Below, piece by piece: positions 57,524 to 64,000 of a stretch of 64,000 nucleotides of DNA (positions are counted from its first letter, which is position 1; each line of letters begins with the position of its first letter). The translations under genes were made by a program, and so were the position numbers. The notes below the pieces were generated by a model that searched no databases, was not told the DNA's origin, and saw nothing but the letters and a program-made list of their open reading frames with translations. This DNA is from Candidatus Omnitrophota bacterium (GTDB lineage Bacteria; Omnitrophota; Gorgyraeia; Gygaellales; UBA12090): NCBI GenBank assembly GCA_030674475.1, contig JAUSCZ010000042.1, positions 11,139-75,138 on the forward strand. Reading direction: 5' to 3'.

Positions 57524-58738
57524 TTGCCCGATTATCTGTATAAGGCCAGAGACGAAAGCGGTAAATTAGTTAAGGGCGCTCTCGATGCGGACTCTGCCGA
57601 TGAGGTGAGCGCCAAATTGCGCAAGATGGGGTATATGGCTGTTTCCCTAAGCCTGGCTAAAAAAGAAATTGACCTGGAGGGTATGTTGCGGCAATTGCGC
57701 CGGATAAATCCTCAGGATTTGATAGTTTTTAATTTTCAGCTGGCTAATCTGCTGGAATCCGGAATTTCCCTTTTAATCGCCCTGCGCACCATTGAGGCCC
57801 AGACGGCAAATAAAAGGCTGAAAGATGTCTTAGGTGAGCTTTGGAGGGCGGTTGAATCCGGGAGCTCTTTCTCGGAAAGTCTCAGCCGCCATCCCAAGGT
57901 GTTCAGTAAATTATTCGTGAATATGGTCAAGGCCGGTGAGGAATCCGGAAAGCTCGATGCGGTGCTCAAGAAATACGCCTCATTCTCCGAGGCCAAAGAG
58001 GAATTATCCCAGAAGATTAAGGGAGCGCTTTTTTATCCGCTTATTCTATTTATCGCCTCTATCTTGGTTATAGTATTTATCGTAACCTTTATTATGCCGA
58101 AGTTTGCCGATTTATTCTTAAGTGCTGGGCTAAAACTGCCTTTGGTTACCCAGATTCTATTTTCATTTGGGGTAATTATTAAGAGATACTGGTATCTGAT
58201 TATCTTAGGCTTCTGTATATTGTCTTGGCTGATAGTCCAATACGCGCGAACTAAAACCGGAAAATTTCAATTTGACCGCTTAGTGCTTAAAATCCCGGCA
58301 GTAGGAGATTTGGCGCGTAAAATCTATGTCTCCAGGTTTAGCCGCACTTTGGCGGTTCTTTTGTCCAGCGGAGTATCGGTTTTGCGCTCCTTAGATATAA
58401 CTAAGGAGGTGATCGGTAATGAGGTGATGGCCGGGGTAATGGCAAACTTAAAGGCTTCAGTTGAGCAGGGAGAGCGGCTCTCCGAACCTTTAAGAGTAAG
58501 CGGAGAATTTCCCTTAGACGCGGTGCAGATGATTTCCGCGGGAGAAGAATCCGGTAATTTAGACGGGATGCTGGATAAGATAGCCGATTTTTATGATACC
58601 GCGGTCGGTTATTCACTTAAGAAACTGACCGCGTTGATTGAGCCTTTATTGCTGGCCATAATGGGCGCGGTAGTGGCTGTGATTATGGCTTCGGTATTGA
58701 TCCCGATTTTTGATATGGTTAAGATTATAAGACATTAA
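57524..58738 (+). CDS. pilC: PilC/GspF platform protein, copy 2
   Basis: TTG start 8 nt after an AGGAGG RBS. PDYLYKARDESGKLVKGALDADSADEVSAKLRKMGY is the classic PilC N-terminus. The six-frame ORF extends to 57500, inside the repeat. Confidence 0.8.
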   Translation: MPDYLYKARDESGKLVKGALDADSADEVSAKLRKMGYMAVSLSLAKKEIDLEGMLRQLRRINPQDLIVFNFQLANLLESGISLLIALRTIEAQTANKRLKDVLGELWRAVESGSSFSESLSRHPKVFSKLFVNMVKAGEESGKLDAVLKKYASFSEAKEELSQKIKGALFYPLILFIASILVIVFIVTFIMPKFADLFLSAGLKLPLVTQILFSFGVIIKRYWYLIILGFCILSWLIVQYARTKTGKFQFDRLVLKIPAVGDLARKIYVSRFSRTLAVLLSSGVSVLRSLDITKEVIGNEVMAGVMANLKASVEQGERLSEPLRVSGEFPLDAVQMISAGEESGNLDGMLDKIADFYDTAVGYSLKKLTALIEPLLLAIMGAVVAVIMASVLIPIFDMVKIIRH

Positions 58739-58775
58739 ATATAGTTGATAGTTTATAGCTATAGGAGGAGGAAGA

Positions 58776-59225
58776 ATGAAAAAAGGTTTTACCTTGATTG
58801 AGCTTTTGATAGTCATCGCGGTAATTTCAATTTTGATCGGAATTTCCCTGCCCCGTTTTAAGGGTATGCAGGATGAGGGAAATATCGCCAAGGCTAAAGG
58901 CGAGTTGCGGACACTGCAAACCGCGATAGAGAGTTATTTTATCCACAATAATAACACTTACCCGGCTACCACTGCCGCCGCTCTGCAGACTGCCTTAGCC
59001 GCGGCCGTCCCCAGCATTATAACTTTTGTGCCTACCGACCCCTTTAGCGCCACCAGCGCTGATTATGTATATGTGATGGGCGGGACTAACAGCAAATTTT
59101 ATATTATTTATTCGGTTGGCCCGGGTGGAAACGGAAGCGCGGTTATTACCAGCGACGCCGTGGTTGAAACCAACGGATCAAGCTGTATTTATGCCTCTAA
59201 CATCAGCCAGGATTTACAGCCATAA
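58776..59225 (+). CDS. pilA: Type IV pilin (major pilin candidate) with a class III prepilin signal
   Basis: MKKGFTLIELLIVIAVISILIGI: G-1/F+1 cleavage site and E+5. 149 aa. A terminator-like repeat hairpin follows. Confidence 0.85.
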   Translation: MKKGFTLIELLIVIAVISILIGISLPRFKGMQDEGNIAKAKGELRTLQTAIESYFIHNNNTYPATTAAALQTALAAAVPSIITFVPTDPFSATSADYVYVMGGTNSKFYIIYSVGPGGNGSAVITSDAVVETNGSSCIYASNISQDLQP

Positions 59226-59316
59226 TTAGCAGCTGTCAGCTGTCAGCTTTCAGCTTTTTACTGATAGCTGAAGGCTTAAAAAAGGAAGTTGTAATGAGGT
59301 CAAGAAGGCAAAAATT

Positions 59317-59703
59317 TTGATGTTATCAAACGTTACACATCAAACAGCGAGAGTTCGGGATGGCTTTAGTCTATTAGAGATCATGATAGCCTTGCTTATT
59401 TTTACCGTGGGGGTTATCGCGATAATCTGGGCCTTCAGCGCGGGTATGTCCGCTACTGGCGATATTGAAAATGTTGATTTAGCCTTAAACATTGCCCAGG
59501 CGAAAATGGAGGAAATAAAAAATACTCCCTTCGCCAGCCTCACCGATAGCGGCCCCGTGGCGGATTCTAACTTTTCCAATTTTAATACAGCGGTTAATGT
59601 AGGTGAAGGCCAAAACCCTATGCTGGTAGACGTAACCGTAGCTTGGAATGTTAAGGGAGGCTCAACCAATATTACCTTGACCACGCTGGTAGCGAATTAT
59701 TAA
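59317..59703 (+). CDS. Minor pilin / pseudopilin (PilV- or GspI-like)
   Basis: GFSLLEIMIALLIFTVGV prepilin N-terminus after a 15-16 aa leader. 128 aa. Confidence 0.6.
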   Translation: MMLSNVTHQTARVRDGFSLLEIMIALLIFTVGVIAIIWAFSAGMSATGDIENVDLALNIAQAKMEEIKNTPFASLTDSGPVADSNFSNFNTAVNVGEGQNPMLVDVTVAWNVKGGSTNITLTTLVANY

Positions 59704-59745
59704 AGGCTATCAGCAGTTGAAGGCCGAGGGAAGGAAAGTAGAGAG

Positions 59746-60264
59746 TTGAAAAAAGTGCGTAAAGGATTCACGCTCATAGAACTTATTATTACGATTTTAA
59801 TGCTGGTGGTTTTAGTGGGGGTGAGCGCCTTTGTTTTTCGCGCGGTGCTTTTAAGCTGGTCCAGCCAAGAAACCAGGTCAGGCATTGATATAGTTTTAGA
59901 TCGGGGGATTGAGGAGATGGTCCGGGATTTAAGAAAGGCCAGACAGGTTCAGTCTATAAATAATGACGAGCTAAGATTTACCCAGGACCAAAGCGCCTAT
60001 TATATTTATTATTTTTATAATGCCAATGACTCCTATCCTCCAAGTTTTAACCAAAGTTCGTATCAGTTAAGAAAAGCCGCCCTTTCCGGAGGCATAAGTG
60101 GAACCTTCACCTATGGCTCAGGCCCAATTATAATTACTGAAGCATTGCCTCCGGCGATCTCAGATTTATCAATAAGCGCTAATTTAATTACTCTGGATTT
60201 GAGTATAAAAAGAGGCGATGAGACCATAAGGTCAAGGACGCAAGTTAGGCCGAGAAACCTATGA
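59746..60264 (+). CDS. Minor pilin with a prepilin-type N-terminal methylation domain (PilW/GspJ-like)
   Basis: MKKVRKGFTLIELIITILMLVVL. Confidence 0.65.
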   Translation: MKKVRKGFTLIELIITILMLVVLVGVSAFVFRAVLLSWSSQETRSGIDIVLDRGIEEMVRDLRKARQVQSINNDELRFTQDQSAYYIYYFYNANDSYPPSFNQSSYQLRKAALSGGISGTFTYGSGPIIITEALPPAISDLSISANLITLDLSIKRGDETIRSRTQVRPRNL

Positions 60265-61349
60265 TCAAGCTATCCGCTATCCCCTCTCGCTCGTCCGCGA
60301 AGAAAGGAACAGCATTATTACTTACCTTCATAATAATGACCACCTTAACTACGGTGGTGATGGCATTCTTATATATGAGTTCCCTGCGGCTGAAAGGTTC
60401 AGGATACGATATGTCCGATAGTCAGGCCCTCTGGCTGGCTGAGGCGGGATTACAAAAGGCTTTATATACCTTAAAAAATGACACTAATTATCAAAGCAGT
60501 CCCACTACTATTACCGGTTCTCTGGGCAACGGCGCGTATTCCGTAAGCGCCGTTAAAAGCGGAAGTATTTATACTTTTACCTCTCTGGGCACGGTTAACG
60601 CGATGAGCCGGCAGATCAGGGCCAGCGCGGCCTTTACCTCTTCGGTTTTAGTGCGCAGTATTCATGCTGACGGCAGCACGGTTGATTTTAACGGCTCAAC
60701 CGGAGTAATAAATGGTAATATAAGTTGTCATGTGCATATAACAAATTACGCGGGTATGACTATCAACGGAACTCTTTCCGAAAATTTTCCCATGATTAAT
60801 CCCACCTTAGATTTTGATTACTATAAGAATCTGGCTGCTGCTTCCGGCCAGCTTATCACCGGCAGTTATACCTTTCAAAACGGCACCTACAGCGGAGTAT
60901 GGTATGTGACTACAGGGGTTACTATAGGAAATAATGCCATAATAAATGGCTCTATCTTTTCGGATAGCAGTATTCAATTTGTCGATAAGGCGGATAATGT
61001 TCAGATAACCCCCAGTCTGCTTACTAATTATCCGGCGCTGGCCGCCAAGAATAATATGAGCACCAGTGGCACCGGTGCCCCCGGCCAAAGGATTGGCTTA
61101 CAGAATAGCACCATAAATGGATTGATTCTGGCGCAAAATAATATCACCTTTGACGATGTGAAAAATTCTACTATTAACGGCACAATATTGGCGGGAGGTA
61201 ATTTTTCGATGGGCAATGGAAGCGGCATTACCATTAATTATAATGATAATATTTTCGCGCCTATGCCGCCGGCCTTTACCTATTCTCCCGGAGCCGACCT
61301 GGTAGTGGTATTTCAAAAAGACTGGAATGAGATAGTCCCCGCTACTTAA
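60261..61349 (+). CDS. PilX-like minor pilin / pilus tip-associated protein
   Basis: The N-terminal hydrophobic segment KKGTALLLTFIIMTTLTTVVMAFL resembles the PilX_N pattern. Ser/Thr/Asn-rich beta-rich remainder. Position within the minor-pilin block. Confidence 0.5.
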   Translation: MIKLSAIPSRSSAKKGTALLLTFIIMTTLTTVVMAFLYMSSLRLKGSGYDMSDSQALWLAEAGLQKALYTLKNDTNYQSSPTTITGSLGNGAYSVSAVKSGSIYTFTSLGTVNAMSRQIRASAAFTSSVLVRSIHADGSTVDFNGSTGVINGNISCHVHITNYAGMTINGTLSENFPMINPTLDFDYYKNLAAASGQLITGSYTFQNGTYSGVWYVTTGVTIGNNAIINGSIFSDSSIQFVDKADNVQITPSLLTNYPALAAKNNMSTSGTGAPGQRIGLQNSTINGLILAQNNITFDDVKNSTINGTILAGGNFSMGNGSGITINYNDNIFAPMPPAFTYSPGADLVVVFQKDWNEIVPAT

Positions 61350-61363
61350 ACGACCTAACCAAG

Positions 61364-62941
61364 ATGAATATAGAAAGCCTGATACCAAACGGATTTTTTT
61401 CTAAGGAAAAATATAGTATCGGCTTGGATATCGGCGCCAGTTCTATAAAATTAGCCCAGTTTAAGCAAGAAGAAGGCGTTTTCTCTTTAATTAAAGTCAA
61501 AAGTATTGACATAGAAAAGAATAAAGAGCCGGCGCGTATCCTTAAAGAACTGTTTTCGGGCCCAGAGGCGAAAAACTCCAAAGTAGTTGCTTTGCTGGAT
61601 TCGCCTTATTCCATGCTTAAAAGGGCGATTGTGCCGATGATGCCGGATAATGAACTAAAAGAGGCGGTATCTTTGGAAGCTAAGAATTATTTCCCTTTTC
61701 CTATCGAGGATTCGCTGGTTGATTTTGAAGTCATCGGGGATCTTGTTGAGAATGGGGTTAAGAAAAAAGAAATACTGGTGGGGGTGTGTCCTCATAAAGC
61801 CATAGCGGAACGTGTGCGTCTGTTTAATGAGCTGAACCTAAAACCGCGGGTAATTATCAACTCGGCTTTAGCAATGTTCAATCTGCTTAAGTTTAAAAAA
61901 TTTAAAGAAAACTTAAGTGTCGCGGCAATAGATATAGGAAAGAGCTTATCTAATTTGATAATCATTCGGGCTCACAAACTTTATTTTAACCGCGAGATTC
62001 CCATATCCGGCGATGACTTTACCCGGGCCTTGACCAGCGCTCTCTCTACGGCTTCAGGCAAAATAGAGCTTTCTTATTTAGAGGCGGAAAGGATAAAAAA
62101 GGAATACGGAATCCCCCGGGAAATCAATTCCGAGCTGGTTGAGAATAAGATTTCTCACGCCCAGCTTCATTCTTTATTGATGGCCTCTTTAGAGAAGCTG
62201 GCCACGGAAATCGGCCGCTCCTTTGATTTTTACCGTGAAGAAACCGGAGGGATTAAAGTAGACAGGCTGATACTTTTTGGCGGAAGCGCGATGTTGAAGG
62301 GTTTGGATAAATTCCTGGCTAAGGAGTTAGCCATAGAGGTTGAGGTCTATAATTCCTGGGAAGGAATCAAGGCAAGTAAAGAATTAAACGATCATCCTGA
62401 AATCAGCCGTATGGCTATGGCTGTAGGCGCGGGAATAAATAAAGCCGAGGGAATAAATTTTCTTCCCTTTGAGATAAGGGAGGATCTGAAGCGCCTTATG
62501 GAGAGGGCGGCTTTAAAGGCCGGGTTAAGCGCGGCGATAACTATTTTGGTTCTTACTTTTGTGGGACTGCGCCTAAGCGTGGCTAATTTAGACAAAAAAA
62601 TAAACGCGGTGAAATCAGAGTTGTCTTTTTTAAATACCCGTTTTGGCGAGGCCAAAGAGCGGAATTTAATAAATGATGTTTTGTCGGTTGAGCCTTACTG
62701 GGAAGATGTTTTTAAGGAAATCGGCAATGGTATCCCGGATGAAATATACCTCACCCAGATGAGCGCGCAAGGCGGCAGTGTAACCCTCAAGGGAGTGATT
62801 GCCTCAGGCAGAGACCAGCAGGATGCCTTTTCCGGTTTTATCCGTAAGCTGGAAGCGGGCATATTCAGGAATATTAAGTTTTCCGCGGCGGCGCGGGCCG
62901 CGGGCCAAAAAGAATTTGAAGTTCAAATGCAGTTTGAGTAA
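61364..62941 (+). CDS. pilMN: PilM-PilN fusion protein
   Basis: N-terminal actin-like PilM (IGLDIGASSIKLAQF). The C-terminal ~150 aa carry a TM helix (LSAAITILVLTFVGL) followed by a PilN-type coiled-coil/periplasmic domain. Confidence 0.8.
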   Translation: MNIESLIPNGFFSKEKYSIGLDIGASSIKLAQFKQEEGVFSLIKVKSIDIEKNKEPARILKELFSGPEAKNSKVVALLDSPYSMLKRAIVPMMPDNELKEAVSLEAKNYFPFPIEDSLVDFEVIGDLVENGVKKKEILVGVCPHKAIAERVRLFNELNLKPRVIINSALAMFNLLKFKKFKENLSVAAIDIGKSLSNLIIIRAHKLYFNREIPISGDDFTRALTSALSTASGKIELSYLEAERIKKEYGIPREINSELVENKISHAQLHSLLMASLEKLATEIGRSFDFYREETGGIKVDRLILFGGSAMLKGLDKFLAKELAIEVEVYNSWEGIKASKELNDHPEISRMAMAVGAGINKAEGINFLPFEIREDLKRLMERAALKAGLSAAITILVLTFVGLRLSVANLDKKINAVKSELSFLNTRFGEAKERNLINDVLSVEPYWEDVFKEIGNGIPDEIYLTQMSAQGGSVTLKGVIASGRDQQDAFSGFIRKLEAGIFRNIKFSAAARAAGQKEFEVQMQFE

Positions 62942-62944
62942 CTA

Positions 62945-63454
62945 ATGACAGAGCTGATAAAAATATTTCGGGAGAGGAAAAAGATAATTTTTGTTCTGCC
63001 TGGAATCCTCTTTTTATTTATTTTCTCTTTTTATTTTTCTTTAGCCGCAAAGATAAGCAGAAAGGCGAAAGAGCTGGATGGGTTAAAAATTCAGCTTAAA
63101 TCGGTCAATGAGAATCTGCGGATAATTAAGGAGCTGAAAGTAAATAAAAGGCTGATTAAGGAAGAGGATGCTTCTTTAGTTGTTGATACTATAACCAAAC
63201 AGTGCCAGTCTCACTCTTTGGAGTTAAAATCCATAACCCGCAAAGAAAAGAATATAAAAGACGGCTATTCGCTTTTGCCGGTGTATCTGGAGGTGGAGGG
63301 TGAGTTTAAACAGATAGGTTTATTTTTAAGTTTTCTAAGGGAATTTGAGGGCGCGCTTATTACGGTAGATAACTTTCAAATAAGGAGCACTGATATGCCC
63401 TTGCCCAAAATAGCCGGTTTGGTTACCCTTACCATTTATCTTAGCAATGAATAA
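62945..63454 (+). CDS. pilO: PilO-like pilus assembly protein
   Basis: N-terminal TM, coiled coil (LDGLKIQLKSVNENLRIIKEL), and a C-terminal PilO-type domain. Confidence 0.7.
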   Translation: MTELIKIFRERKKIIFVLPGILFLFIFSFYFSLAAKISRKAKELDGLKIQLKSVNENLRIIKELKVNKRLIKEEDASLVVDTITKQCQSHSLELKSITRKEKNIKDGYSLLPVYLEVEGEFKQIGLFLSFLREFEGALITVDNFQIRSTDMPLPKIAGLVTLTIYLSNE

Positions 63455-63863
63455 ATCAATGCCGAAATTTGATCAGAAAAAAGCCATATTAGCGGTTTTG
63501 GCGCTGATAGCGGTTTTTGTCTGGTATAACGGCTTGAAGTCTTTTTCTAAGAAGAAAGACAGCGCGCCTTCCGGAGATATTGAAGCCTCTTCTTCGGGAC
63601 AAAAGATAAAGCAAAAAAAACGCGCCGGTTATAAAGATTGGGGCAGGGATCCCTTTGTGATTACCCAGGCGCCCGCTGTTAATTCTTCCGCGTTAGCGCT
63701 GGGCGGGATTGTCTACGATGAGAAAGACAGCTACGCCCTCATTAATAACCAGCTTCTGCATATCGGAGACGAGGTGAACGGAAACAGAGTGGTTGACATA
63801 CAACAGGATAGGGTTATTTTAAATGACGGAAATAAAGACATCGAGCTGAGGCTTGAGCAATGA
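63447..63863 (+). CDS. pilP: PilP-like pilus assembly protein
   Basis: N-terminal anchor, an RDPF motif, and a C-terminal beta-domain pattern GIVYDEKDSYALINNQLLHIGDEVNGNRVVDIQQDRVIL. Confidence 0.6.
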   Translation: MNKSMPKFDQKKAILAVLALIAVFVWYNGLKSFSKKKDSAPSGDIEASSSGQKIKQKKRAGYKDWGRDPFVITQAPAVNSSALALGGIVYDEKDSYALINNQLLHIGDEVNGNRVVDIQQDRVILNDGNKDIELRLEQ

Positions 63864-64000
63864 TGATTTCATTCAGGAAAAATAATCTTTTTCAGCTTTC
63901 TGCTTTCAGCTTTCTGCTTTCAGCTATGTTAATTGGCTGTGCCACCACCGGCCGTATTCAAAAAACAGGGCTTCCGGTAGAAAGCTTTTCCGTCAATAAT
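63860..64000 (+). CDS. Start of a lipoprotein, probably the PilQ secretin N-terminus (partial; continues beyond the window)
   Basis: MMISFRKNNLFQLSAFSFLLSAMLIGCATTG has a lipobox LIGC. There is no stop before the window end. The PilQ assignment rests on position alone, after pilMNOP. Confidence 0.4.
   Translation, partial: MMISFRKNNLFQLSAFSFLLSAMLIGCATTGRIQKTGLPVESFSVNN

Overview
This is a 64 kb chromosomal window at about 45-48% GC and mostly coding. It has a complete rRNA operon (16S, tRNA-Ile, tRNA-Ala, 23S, 5S) plus a tmRNA and a tRNA-Leu. By eye the 16S looks like a PVC-superphylum or candidate-phylum (Omnitrophota-like) organism, but I cannot confirm that without a database search. There are two separate type IV pilus / type II secretion-like loci. 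The first (592-8258) wires c-di-GMP signalling to the assembly machinery: a HAMP-GAF protein with a degenerate GGDEF domain, a free-standing MshEN-type (T2SSE_N) domain protein, two tandem full-length PilB/GspE ATPases, an HD-GYP phosphodiesterase with a pseudo-receiver, and a PilC/GspF platform. The second (54.9-64.0 kb) is a nearly complete type IV-a pilus cluster: two receiver-only response regulators, a third PilB, a second PilC, a major pilin, three minor pilins, a PilM-PilN fusion, PilO, PilP and the start of a lipoprotein that is probably PilQ. A PilZ protein, a lone receiver and a multi-PAS histidine kinase lie between the two loci. The remainder is housekeeping: a beta-oxidation block, a GldA/F/G-like ABC system, UvrD-like helicase, IspH, RecG, TsaB, Alr, LptF/LptG, ComF, PyrE, Maf, an M48 peptidase and SmpB. 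The beta-oxidation block (thiolase, FadJ-like bifunctional enzyme, acyl-CoA dehydrogenase, a cNMP-binding patatin lipase) is interrupted by a low-GC insertion carrying ParE-type and VapBC-type toxin-antitoxin pairs, bracketed by duplicated thiolase-end and fadJ-start fragments. The window is also rich in short intergenic repeat families, some of which reach into coding sequence. Gene calls rest on motifs I can read directly in the ORF translations, and coordinates for RNA genes and repeats are hand-counted and approximate.
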